Source of the DNA: Takakia lepidozioides | Lineage: Eukaryota; Plantae; Bryophyta | Length of the DNA stretch: 64,000 bases | Assembly (NCBI GenBank): GCA_030704615.1 | Contig: CM060733.1 | Span: 20,584,001-20,648,000 of the forward strand | Direction: 5' to 3' | In this document: positions 1 to 12,431 of the stretch, piece after piece | How the letters are laid out: the number at the start of each line of letters is the position of its first letter | Numbering within the stretch: position 1 is the stretch's first letter | Program-made: the position numbers and the translations under genes | Notes under the pieces: model-generated | What the model saw: only the letters and a program-made list of their open reading frames with translations | Databases searched by the model: none | Told to the model about the DNA's origin: nothing

Positions 1-22
1 TCTGATCAAGTGAATTGGCATC

Positions 23-257
23 TGATCAAGTGAATTGCGCTGCATTTCACATCAAGGCCTTTTTGGAATTCCCTAGATCACCCCCTAAAAGTGTGCAATT
101 CAATTGAATTGCCAATTCGCAATTCAATTGAATCGTGTGCCGACAATTCAATTGAATTGCAAATTAGGGTTAGTTCAATTGAATTGCGCACTTTTAGGGG
201 GGTGATCAAGTGAATTGCGATGCATTTCACATCAAGGCCTTTTTGGAATTCCCTAGA
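23..257. repeat. MITE-like palindromic element (76..207) flanked by a 55-bp direct repeat (23..77 and 203..257)
   Basis: Terminal inverted repeats gatcaccccctaaaagtgtgcaattcaattgaa / ttcaattgaattgcgcacttttaggggggtgatc; internal CAATTCAATTGAAT motifs; flanking tgatcaagtgaattgcg..ccctaga duplicated at a 180-bp spacing. Confidence 0.7.
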
Positions 258-684
258 GAGGCCTTCTTCCAGCGCCATTATGCGAGCCTATGGAGTCCTC
301 AGGTAAAGCGGATAAAGTAGCAGTATGTGTAGAGCTCGTGTGCTGCGAGAAGAGTGCTAGACCTAGGTATGCAAGGAAAAGCAGGTTGAGTGAGCCAAAA
401 TACGCCATTCTTCTCTGCCCTATGTACTGGTATGGCAAGTGAAGAGAAAGCGGAACGGGATATCTGATGTGTGTGAAAAGAAACTATGTCTGCATGAATA
501 ATTATAATGTCTGCATGAAGCTATGGCCCAACGAACACTTGACAGACCAAGACAGGGAGAGGGAGATAGAACTCGATAGTGGTTCAATGGAACTGGCACT
601 GAAGTTTTGAGGGGATTAAAAGGGATTTACTGTTTCGTCCGGAGACACAGTTGAACATTCTTCATACCCAAATGCCATGCGAGA

Positions 685-709
685 AGAGAGAGAGAGAGAG
701 AGAGAGAGA
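685..709. repeat. (AG)n microsatellite
   Basis: Run of about 12 AG units. Confidence 0.9.
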
Positions 710-2034
710 TGGTAGTTAAGGTCTCAATCATGTGGAAGAGAAAGAGAATGTGCGGGAAAAGAAGGGGGGACAAAGTGCAGGTCTGAAGACCAAGAAAGCC
801 AGGGAGAGACGGAGCGTTACTGGCGTGTGATATGGGAGCAGGCAATCGAAGGTCATCAACTACCACAGCCTGTCACAAGACTGGAGTAGAGAATTGCTAA
901 ACCAGATTAAGCGCTGGTAATATGGCCTATCTCGATCCAACTAAAACTAAATGTTTGTTCGTAAGCTTGTAGCTTCTACGAAAAACAATAGCCACACTCC
1001 AGGTGTTACACGGTGGCGGCTAGACTGGATCCTTTGGACTTCTGTCAGTAAGCATCCAGCACATTGGAAGAACAAGGAAAGCGAGAACTGCTAACTTAAT
1101 CCTGTTACCCTAGCTTGGGTCTGCCTTTTTGAGAAACTAATATGTAAACATGGCAGCACCAACAGAACCCCTATCTTCCAACACTGCGAGGTCAGAAGTT
1201 GCTATGAAAAAAACAGAAGAACCCCATCGAGCATTTTAACTCCACTAGTTCTAAAAACACAGGTTCATGACGAGCTGCAGACTTTGTTATACAACTCCCG
1301 AGGATGCTGGACAATCTGTGAGCCCTAATTATCCCACCGGTGGCTTGATGTGTTTTCTGTAATGCTGCAACGGAGGAGAGAATGATGCTGTTTGTGGGGG
1401 CGTTTGATTGAGCGGAGCTAGAAAGGACTCATGGGTTCCCCGGTTGATGAGGTTATTCGGTTTGGCTCCTACAACAAGTTTGCAGGTATGAAGATTGGTT
1501 TATCTATGAGCTGTTACTGACATCCATTGGGAGGACAATGGTGTCTCTTTGAACCCCTGACCTCAGCATCATTACCTTTCTTTCTTTGAGTCAGGCCGAA
1601 ATCGCTGAGTTCAACTATGGAGATCACAAAACGTCACCTCTGTCCACTCGGTTTCTTTCTTGTTCTTATAATCTGTTTTTCGCTTTCGCTATTCGTCAAG
1701 TCCTAGCTTGACAAGGGTTGTCGAAGGTTGGCCGTGTTTGTATGACTTGTATGTATGTGCAGGGATTAACGGTAATAAGGAGAACATGGGCAGAGAGAAG
1801 ATCTAACGACCGATAATAATTTTCGTAGCTTCACTGCGGACCTTGGACCCTTGGATGGAGAGAGATTTCTCTTATATTGCAGATTGTATCACTTCAACTC
1901 GAGTTGCCTCTAACGCTTCAATAGCGGTACTGGCAGGGATGATTTCTCTAGAATTGAGATATCCTAACGAGAACAACTGGCAGCACTTTCGGGGCGTGTC
2001 GATCACACCCCTCTCTCGCTCTCCTCAGCCTGTC

Positions 2035-4176
2035 ATGGCTGCTTTACCCAAACTGTATGCTTCCGGTACTTCCCCAGCCCAATCATCTCTACCTGCATGC
2101 ACCATATATTGAAGACAGATTATTCTCTCATACTCCTTTCCCGAGTAGCAATCAGACATTGTGATTGTGCGTTCTTGGTGTAACTAGCATTGACCATGCC
2201 TCAGTCCCAGATTGATTGGCAAAATCGTTTTGTTGCCCACTTTGAAATCATCACACCGTTGCAATTTCTGATGCGTGTCTGCAGTGGGTGGACAGGGGTC
2301 AGTGGAGCTGACAATGGCATGCGAGAGAGAGGAAGCCAAGGCGGTTGTTCTGGAATTTTTGAGGGGCCGGGGTGTGAGTGCCCAGCTTGCAGCTAGGTCT
2401 GTGAACAAGGCGTCCCCATTCATTACACATCTGCTCGCCATTCTACAGTCACGCCATCACACACGATATATCACTGGTATTTGTCTCCTTATGCTTGAAG
2501 TCTAGAACTCTATAGTATGGACGCTGAAACTTTCTGCCCTTTATGTCATTCTGAGTAATGACTGTGTACCTCTATTGGCTGTGAGTATACCTGACCAGAT
2601 AAGTGACTTGATCTCTTTGCATTACGATAACCTTGCATTGCACCCAACAAATGTAGGTCACAATAGTTGAGGTAGCAATTGCAGACACCTGTTCTTTCTG
2701 AAGTTCTTTTGGTTTTCCTTCTCAGGAGACGCATGGCTAGTCATTGATCTTTTTGTGTTCTTTCTTCTGATGACTTCCTTTCTCAACCCTTCTATCTCAT
2801 GAGTGCAATCAAAATCCTTGACAATTCTGCCTGGGAGGTTCACATCTTGGTATTGAAAGCTTCACGATTGGTATCAGAAGCATTAGATCTCCGCAGAGGG
2901 GCCTTGTTGCATCCACCTTAGCAAGTCGTGAGCATTGCAGTAATTTCTGGACAAGTTCTGAAGGAGGTTTTTCATAAAAATCTTTTGATGCTTGGCAGGA
3001 AGGGAGTTAACGACAACTGAGATCAGGAGCACTTTGCTGCCATATTTAGAGAGCTTCGGGGAAATACACAACGCAGGAATAGTTGATATCTTTGTGAGCT
3101 TCCCAGACCCACCACCTCCTCGTACAGAGCTCATTGGCCTTCACGAAATTGACGAAGATCTAGACACCCTACTAACACTTACAGATATTAACATAGCAGA
3201 CTGTCCACAACTACATGCACATAAGGTTGATGGAAAGCTGCGGCCATCACTTGTGTATTTCCTCAAATTGGGTTTCCCACCTGAGCAGGTGGAGCGCTTG
3301 GTGTCTCGCTTTCCCACAATACTACGCTATAGTGTTACTGAGAAGATAGAGCCCGTTGTTGATCTGCTTTTGGGCATGGGTGTCCCTCTCCATGAGATTC
3401 CTAGAATCCTCCTCAAGAGGCCGCAGCTTTTTGGATGCAGTGTGGAGGAGAATTTGAAGCCCAGCGTTGTGTTCTTGGAGAAGCTTGGGGTTGAAAGACA
3501 CAGGTGGGGAAAAATTCTGGTGTCATTCCCCCATATGTTAACGTACAGTGAAACTAAACTGCAGCAGATTGTTGGATTTTTGTCAGAGATGGGGTTGTCT
3601 CCATCAGAAATAGGGAAGGTCCTCACCAAGTTTCCCCATGTTGTAGGCTACAGTGTGGAGGCAAAACTGAGACCACTGGCTAGTTACTTTCATGGCATTG
3701 GTATTTTAGATTTGAGAGTAGTGATTGTTCGCTCCCCACAAACTCTTGGCTTAAGTCTAGAGTTGAACATCAAACCCACTATCCAGTTCTTCCTAGAACT
3801 GGGGTTCACCGATGATGAGTTTTCCAAACTCGTGACTCGATTTCCTCAGGTTCTAGGACTACATGTTGAGAATAATATTCGCCCCAAGTGGGATTATTTC
3901 AGGGAAATGAACCGTTCGATTTTGGAACTGGTGGAGTTCCCTCAGTATTTTGGGTATAGTTTAGAGCACAGGATACAGCCTAGGCATATGGTACTACTGT
4001 CCTACAGAATTGTGTGGAGTTTGAACCGAATGCTAAGTTCTACTGATATTTCATTCAATCGTCAACTGGAGAAAGACAGTAAGCTTTTGACACTTGAAGG
4101 TGGGCAGATTGCCAAACATTGCCAAGGTGTTTCTTCGGCCAGAGAACATCCGGAGCAATTTGTTTCTCCTAAATGA
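2035..4176 (+). CDS. mTERF5: Mitochondrial transcription termination factor family protein, mTERF5/MDA1-like (plastid); spliced, 5' exons tentative
   Basis: EREEAKAVVLEFL..SPFITHLL..RYITG (exon ~2285-2476) splices to GRELTTTEIRSTLLPYLE..VSFPDPP, mTERF repeats and PKWDYF..LVEFPQYFGYSLEHRIQPR (exon 2999-4176), closely following the recalled Arabidopsis mTERF5 sequence; start ATG 2035 (MAALPKLYAS, GT donor) is tentative. Confidence 0.88.
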
Positions 4177-7108
4177 AGTTTGGATGTTGGGGAGTCCATC
4201 ACTTGTTTGCCCATACAGGGCTTCTGTTTCATAGTGTGTTTACTTGTTCAGGTGAAGGTTCTTTTATATCTCCCCTCCCTCCCTCTTCAAACTCTCTCAC
4301 TGTCTAAATTGTTTTGATCTCGTCAGAGGAAACAAGGTAAAAGAAGCAGACATTGGTCCAGACAATGCTTTGCCCAAAAAACAAAGCATGTTGTGGAGGA
4401 ACTACGTGCTTGCTGAATGGTTAAAAGCACAGCAAGAGACATACTGAATTGTGCTGAAGCATTGATGTAAATCAGAATGTGACACCGCAGATATAGTCAT
4501 ACATAGGACTGCAGTACTGTATCTCTTTTATACCAGCCACTTCGACTGTGGACGGTTTCCGACCAACACTCACAGAGGGTGGAATGAAGAACAGACAGTT
4601 TGTCAGAAAAGCTTACAAAACAACACACAGGAAGAAGGGAACTGGCATGGTGGCATATGATCCACCCCAAAAGCTGCTCAGAGAATCGACGAAGAGATAT
4701 GTCATGAAAGCAAGAAAGAGCACCGACTGAGCTGTCTTACCATGAAAAGACACTAGATACATACAACGAGCGTCGTCCTCACTATTCAATCTGAACACCA
4801 CGACCAAGAAAAACTTACCACCTGACAGTATGGGGCTTTTGCAGTTTACCTTTCACCCACTGGCAGGGAGATGGCGTATCCCTATGCACTTCTCTTTTTC
4901 TACAACGAAAAACCTCTTTCACAGCGCCTCTGAAGTCAGTCAGATGGGTACCCTGCATCCTCCCATCACAACATGATAAACTCATCCGCTACATTAGCTG
5001 GCCGGGAGGGTGTTCGGCTGGATCTGTGTAGCATAAACTTGACTAGTTAATGGGATGGATCAAAGCTCGCTGAACTCATTATTTGAATGTTTTGTTGGAA
5101 GTAATTATAGAAGACAGAGTCTCTCTAAGGCCAAAGGTTTAGAAGTCTAAGAGACTATCTTGTTTAACTCACCTTTGGAAGGTGGATGGTCACCATAGTG
5201 GAAGTGGAAGTGACCAAGTAGGACTTCCTAGAGACCTTCTTGTACAAGCTCGGGGGTGAAGCCACTAGTCTAAGTGTAAGAGTACGATGGTGGCTTCTAT
5301 GGTTAGGAGGAGAGCTTTAGTTATACTTTAGTCTAAGACGTTAGTTTTTGTTCATGTTCTTGCTCAATTCTAACATGTTTTGCATTCAGGTCCTCTAGTA
5401 GCCTCCTAGTACCTCTCCGGGTGACATACCATGGATATTTGTAGCTCATCAGTTGTAAGGGGGACTTGAAGATGATGCCCATTAGAAACTTTGGCTCATC
5501 TAAGACAATCCTCCAAGTTTGCTGTTGCCTCTGGCAAAGGACTGTAGCATCCGTTACAGAACAACGGAAGCGTACCTTTGAGGCGTTTCTAGCACAATCC
5601 ACCCGTACATGAGAAAATCACTTCGGATCCCCGGGAATCCTCTGATAACCCGTACAATATTAGACAAGGAGGTGAATCTGTGGGCGGTCCGTCCTCCTGA
5701 ATCAGTGTTACTGAGAAGAACCAGCAGCGTGATGGTTGGAACCAATTCTCTGGACAAAAATCAGCGATTAGACCTCTGCAGTGTGCATGCATGCAGCCCA
5801 AGTGAAATGGAGTTATGCACTTCAAATTGGTCAATTGGAAGAACAAGTTAGAAGCTAGTTAGCCTAGACACCAGGGGCCAAACGCAAACAGTTTGTGATG
5901 AGCAGGGCAGCAATATTCATCATGTACTTAGCCAGTTTAGGATAAGTCAGCTACTAGTAAGGTCTGAATGTAACAATCGCTTCATCATCTGAATAGACAC
6001 TCGAGACAGGTCGAACAGGCTACATGAAAATTGTGGCTCTATTTTGCGGAGACCCAGAGAGCGTGAGGAGAGATTACATCGATCGTGATTACGAAGGTAA
6101 GGACACTCCTCCAGGACGCCTTCAAACCAGAGCGAAATTGTGCGTTGTGCAAGTGAGAGGGACCGGGAGACAGAAGAGGGGAATATCAACATCTCGTCAG
6201 CAGCTCCCTCGTTCCTGCTTGCATGCTTCAAATCGGCAATGTGAGCAGATTCACACACGAGCAAGAAGTTTGCAGAAAAAGAACTTGCACCCCACTTTAC
6301 ACCTCACACCCGCTTTCCATTGTTCTTGTCTTGTCTGCGTCTGTCCACGCCATGACATACTTTTGGAGGAGAGACGATCATCACCACGGCCAGCTTGGTC
6401 CGATTCAGAGTTTGCATGGCCACCATAGCTGGGTTCCCAAGTTATCCATTTCTAACTTTGGGTGGTGAACCCAAATTCTTTTCCGTGGCCATGGAAATGC
6501 CTAAAAGTGTCCACTTCTAAATTGGTGAACCAGACTCTGGAGTCAATTTTAAGCTTGATGAGGTAATGAAATGGAAGCCTTGGACTAATGGTCACAGCAA
6601 TCCATTGACTACTGAAATAATTTTAGCAGCACTGCAGGGGCTTGATCATGCAGGTCCACCATTGTCCGAGGGGTTATTTTCTTCTTGTTCACCATATTTT
6701 ATTTTTCCTGGTAAGATAGGTGATGCAAAGCAAAACACCGCACATGCATGTGTCTTGTTACAGAATTGATGTGTGCTGGTATCCATCTGCAAGCCACGCT
6801 GACACACAAAAATCACTTATTCTAGGTGTAGATCGTTGCTATCACAGATACAGTACCCATTGGCTCATGCAGTACCAGTTCAGTGACAATCGCAGTCTAG
6901 ATTGATACGGTCTCTCACAACATATGCCACAAGTGACATTGAGCATGGGGTATTGAGGGTGAGTGAGAGACACAGAGAGGAAAAAATAAACAAGTGGCTT
7001 AATCAACCATATGAGCCTCAATGGTAAGCACTTAGACCCACACATGCCATCCTAACAATTGCAAATCCATAAGCAGAAGCAAAGCTCTCTACTTTGGAGG
7101 TGCTCATT

Positions 7109-8723
7109 CTAGCTAATCTCTGAGTCTATGAGATTGGCATGGTCTGCTGGTTTTTCGATGTTGACATCCTCCCAATCTCCTGTTTCTGCATAGCCAACTA
7201 ACTCTTCAGTTTGTACCCTTACAAGAGAAAAAATATGTACTCATAATAAGAGCTTTCCATTTTCTTAGATTCCGTCGACACATTTCCCATTTTAATGGAT
7301 GGAGTGAAACATGAGCAGCAAAAGCAGGGGGCCCCAGGTGGAAGAGAGAATGAGAGACATGATGTACTCATTGGACTGTAGTTTTGTGCTGTGGACCCCA
7401 CATCCAGTTTGAACTGAACAGAAAAGAGGGGAGGGGGTCAAATGAGAGAACTACAATCACAGAGGGTTTCCCCAATAGTGGGAGTTACCTCAAGAGGCCC
7501 ACCTGGTCAGAACTGGTCAGATCTGCTCAGAAAGGTCTCTAGCACAGCATCAAATTCATGCAACATTTCTAGAGGGAGTTGAAACCTGGGAAGGAGAGAG
7601 CTTTTGGCAGTCTCTTGATACTCTGACACTGAGCCAAAAGAAGCGCAGCAGTAATGTTTCTGGCGCTTGCGAAGAGGGGATCACAATCAGGACGATACTC
7701 ACTCCACTAAAAATAGGTGCTCTCCTCACCTCTGTGCCCACAACTGGAGCGTAAGGATTTCATTCTGTCTTGCTTTTCAAATACTTCTAAACATTAGCAG
7801 CCTACACTTCGTTCTATGAACTTCATTTCTGGGCCCACTTGTGAAGGCCCTTAAGTACCCCTTGTGACCCACTTATTTTCACAGGTTAGAGAGAAAAGAG
7901 GTGTGAAAGGGACAGATTGGAGATTTACTCATTAGATACCTTGCCACAGCTTTTATGTATGCAGACCCTGGTCCTAATTTGAAGGGAGCAAGAAAAGATG
8001 GACAGGGAAGCGGGGGAGGCTAGGGGGAGAAGGGAGGGATGAGGGCACTGTCGGTAGATTAGTACCTGTTACTTTCAAGGTCAAAGCCACAACAGCATCG
8101 TTCTCAACCTGCATAACAGTCAGAAGTTACTGTGGTACAATTTTGAAGCAATCAACCAATCACATCCTGAATTGTTGAGAAGGACACCAAGTGATGGTGA
8201 TCCTTGTTAACAGAGTTATAGGCTCCAATATCATCTTTGGGTCACAGCCTGTGTATTGGAGAGATGGCTTCCAAGACTGCCCCAGAACTGATAGCCAAAT
8301 ACACCTAGTCTCTATAATCTGCTCTGTGTGCGAGTTCAGAAGATGGATTACTTGGATCACATTTCTGTAAGCATGAAGTCATTGACGCCAGGTAATTGAC
8401 GATCTCTGCGAGAATTGAAGTGCAATTTCATAACCAAGAATTTTCCACACCTATTGCACTAACAGTTACGCTGTAGGGACCAGAGATAAGCACAAGGCTA
8501 CCATTCCACATTCTACCTTTCTACTGCCGGGAGGTCTCACCTTTTGGTCAGCAAGACTCTTTGCTTCATCCAGAATCGTCTGGGATGACACCAAAATGAG
8601 ACGTTGCTGGTCCACAGGAACGTCGCTGAGTGCCTGTAGTTTTTGTTTTGTCTCTAGTACCATCTCTGATGGATCACAGTGCAAAAAATAGGTAGTCTTC
8701 TTCCGCTTCACTCGAATAAACAT
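7109..8723 (-). CDS. Elongin-B-like ubiquitin-fold protein; 3 coding exons (~8723-8541, ~8108-8066, ~7185-7109), possibly with an ATG-only upstream exon
   Basis: Spliced product MFIRVKRKKTTYFLHCDPSEMVLETKQKL..QQRLIL..LDEAKSLADQK/VENDAVVALTLKVT/ETGDWEDVNIEKP..*, with compatible splice phases; matches plant elongin-B-like ubiquitin family proteins. Confidence 0.88.
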
Positions 8724-9466
8724 CGCCTGCCCGTCCAACAGCCCAAAAACAATTACACAAATGCGCACTCAGAAAAACTAAATAGAAAAATGCAGTTGAG
8801 ATGATTTTGGCATCTGATGGCAAAGCATACACTGAGCAAAATGGAGAGGTCTTTCTGTGTCGCCCAACCATAGATTATCGTGGTCCTGCCATATATCCCA
8901 CATCTGTATTCGCAGAGGGGCCTAACCAGAGTGCAGTGGGATGCAAACATGTTACCCGTCAAACGACGAAACAAGAGCGCACAAGGAGGCAAAACACAGC
9001 TACAATAATGACCTTGAGACTATGGCCAGTGGCTGCCCACAAGAGCGATGTACCCATCCCTGCGATCGCTCGCTGTAATGTACTGTAGAGTGTGAGTACC
9101 CGCCAGATTGAACATCCCGAAACAGCTCAAGGGCTTTTGAGCTACCAGATTATGCAACTCGACTCCCTAAACGAGATCGCCATAGCTCTCGCGCAAGGCC
9201 GAAGACAAAAGGATCACCGGGGGATTGCATATGGAAGTAAGGGCTAGAACTGCTCTTGTAGCCCCCTACCTTACCTGGATTGTGACGCAAATGGCTTGCT
9301 TCTGGTGCCCCACACCGTAGAGACAGACAAACAGAGAGAGGGAAGAACAGATTATCTTCACCCGATCCAACCAATCTCACGGTAACGTTTGCAACCACAA
9401 CATCCATTTCAAAACACACAAAATCACAGATTCAGAGAGGGAGGGGGGAGAAGGACAGAACAAACC

Positions 9467-11351
9467 ATGTCAATTACACGAGGATGCACCTCTCCAGCAG
9501 GACTCCACCACCGCAGCTCCCCTGCAGCTACAGTCCTTCACAACTTCAACTTCCTCTGGACCACCAACTTCAAAACAACACGCCCAACAAAGCCCACCAA
9601 ACAGCGGTACATACATTCAATCAGTCTCCAAACATTCTGCTTAGCATCTCGCTCTTCCCTCTTTCCGTAGACTGGGTCAACTCTCCTCATCCATTTCTAG
9701 CTCGTCCCTTTTCACGCTTTCCTTCACCCCAGCGTTCATTCTGTCATCCTATTTGTATGTTTCGTTCAATGTTTCTCTCCACTCGTTGAATGCCCATGCC
9801 CTAAGCGTTCTTCCAGCACGGCCCGAGCTTTTGCTGACTAACATCTAGGCACTTTGTTACACCTTAAATCCTTCAAGACAGTGGCAGTGATGCCGACCTC
9901 TGCATCGGCGAGCCGGGTATGTACCTTCTGTCAGCCACCTTCGGTTTGGGGACTTGGCAATTCTTTCGCCGCCAAAGCAAGGTGTGGGATACTGCCCAAC
10001 AGTTTTGGGTGGCCTTGTTAATTTCGTTGTCAATGTTCGAAGTCAGAGGGAAGGTTTGGTACGTACAACTGAATTTATTCAAAGAGCTTTTAGGCAAGTG
10101 GGAGCTCAATCGACTGCAACTTTCCGCTTGTCCTCCACTTGGGGCATAGATGGGGACAGCCCGGTGCTAAGAGTGCAGCTTCCAGTGTTAGTCAACCGAG
10201 GCTGGATTCCTGCCAGCATGCGTGATGCCGCTCTGTCGCTGATGCAACAGGAGAACGCCTGCCTGAAGGGAAGAAGACAATTGGTTGTCCGACTGGGCCA
10301 AGCCACGAGCCCCTTTGAAGGTTCCTAGTTACCTTCTCCACTTTTGGTCCCCTCTCTCTTTCTCTGTCCCTCTATCTGTGTTGACTACCAGGTTTACAGT
10401 AGCAGTGCTGACATTCAACAATAGGCTTTCCAGTAGGATGTCAATGGCGACCTTTAGATTAACCCTCAATGTAATCTAATTGTTGTCGTTGCACCATCCA
10501 AATTTCGGGCTGTCTCGGAAACTCCTGACCAGCTCAGTGGGATTGTAGCCTCAATGGTATAAAGTTAGAGGGAGTGTCTATGGAGCCAACAAATGGTTTT
10601 GGCCACATTTTATGGCAGTTCTGAAGCACACATGAGTGTAGTTATGTGCATATATGGATATGCAGACGATCGATTTTTTTCCTAAAACTGTGTTGATAAT
10701 GAACATTGGTAAGAGCTCTCCCGTAATGTTGGTTTTCCAAGCTTGTCATTCTGGTGTATCCAAGCAACCAAAGCACTTGTTTGTTGAGAGTTCTGTAGGG
10801 GTGAGGGTGGCTGGGTAATTCGAGAATGCGAGCACTCAAACATTTTTGTGCCTCCCAATTCACCAGAGACAGCGCAGTGGTTTTACTTTGATGTGCTAGC
10901 TCTGTCACACACTTTGGGCCTCCCAGGAGATACAATTTATATTGAAGCAGTGTTCGAACCTACAACTCGTGAAGGCCAGAAGTCTTTCCCCCTGATGCTT
11001 TCTTGCTGTCTTCAGGCATGCCACAAGGTCACCTCGACTATTCTCTTACATGGTATGTATGGAATTAATTATCTCTCTTACTCTCGCCAACTGTACCAGT
11101 CACTGCCATTCAATCTCAAATAGTTAATCCGAGTTCAGGAATTGGAATGGGAGTGGGTGATAACACCTAAGGCAGTTCCATATGGAGTGTATCCAACCTT
11201 GAAGGGCTTATATCCTTGGAAATTGTCCCCCTGGGACACCACTCTGCCAGAGTTAGCTGTGGAGTTACAACCCACCAGTGTACAGGGAAGTAAACCGGCA
11301 CTGCTACAGTTGCTGGAACCATATAGTGACAGTGATTGTGTGGGTTGTTAG
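9467..11351 (+). CDS. Tentative multi-exon gene or pseudogene of unknown function with a transit-peptide-like first exon
   Basis: Exon 9467-9606 (MSITRGCTSP..KPTKQR, S/T-rich, phase 2) splices in frame via ttctgtcag to 9935-10320 (HLRFGDLAIL..PFEG) and then to ~10927 (GDTIYIEAVFEPTTRE); later exon(s) near 11140-11351 uncertain; no family recognised. Confidence 0.35.
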
Positions 11352-12431
11352 GTCCTTCCGCTGATCCTGAGCTTGGTTTGGATAGAGTAGTGAGATGTGA
11401 TCATGTCCATTTATTGCTAATGATGACTATGACACTCTTGAAGGGCTCTGGGTATCTGCCCTCCTGGATCTACTTATGGGCATGCTAACCTACAGGATAT
11501 GGATGCTGAGTTAACATTACCATACCGGTGCCGCATATCCAGTGACGTTCCGGTTAGAGCTGGAAGCTCTGCGGTAAACTCCTCACACATTGCTCTGAAT
11601 CTGAAGTGGATGTGACACATGGGTCCAACTGTGACTGCACTTCCAGTCACACTTCTCTACTGAGCAGCAGAGACAGTTACAGTAGGGATATATTTGCTGA
11701 TTTCCTGAAAATCTCTGAATCCTTGGCTTGCAGGTAAATTTATCAACAGCCACAACTTCATGGCCTGGATGCAGTTGCAGGGTAGAAGATGATGTCTGTA
11801 GGATAGGCAGACACTAAATTTTGTTCAGTTCCCCCCTGTGAATTTGTCGATGGACATGGGTGTCACCTGATGTGCGTCAGCTGTAGAAAATAGTGTTTTG
11901 AGGCAGATTAGTTGTTGCGGAGAAGAAAATTTACCATGTATATGGTGAACAAAGTTCCTCCTATTCTTCTCCTGAGGTGGGGTTGTATAATACAAGACTC
12001 AGTGGTATGCCTATTCTACTCCATGTCTCTATGTATGTTGTGCAGTTACAGTAGCAATGCCATTGAATGTCTATATTTCGAGTATCATCCACCTCAAAAT
12101 ACAAGGATAGATATGCCAACAATTGAGTTGAATACTGTACTTCATTGTCCCCATTTCTCTAAATTTAGTTGGTCTCTAGGAGTGGTATTGCTAAACTACC
12201 ATCTTCAAGCTTCCTGGGGGAAACTAGTCTTTTGCAGTAATGGAGCCTACTGGTTTGGAACACAGATTCTGCTCCCAGAAACTGTGTTGACCTCTCAATA
12301 TATTCTTCACATCAAGACAGTAGCCAGTCCCAAATGTGGGTCTGATTTGAGCATACCTGGCAAAGCATACTTCCCTTGACAATTGGCATCAGGCAATGTT
12401 TGCAGCATGTCTCTCTTACAACTAGGGTATG

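Noticed and set aside
1-260. CRISPR-like repeated CAATTCAATTGAAT motifs
   Set aside because: Eukaryotic context, irregular short spacing and no cas genes; better explained as MITE subterminal repeats
1150-2030. Possible exons of another gene upstream of mTERF5
   Set aside because: Splice-like signals are present but no consistent open spliced frame could be built
11912-12379. 155-aa ORF
   Set aside because: Non-ATG start, no recognisable motif, and it lies antisense to the likely dioxygenase 3' UTR
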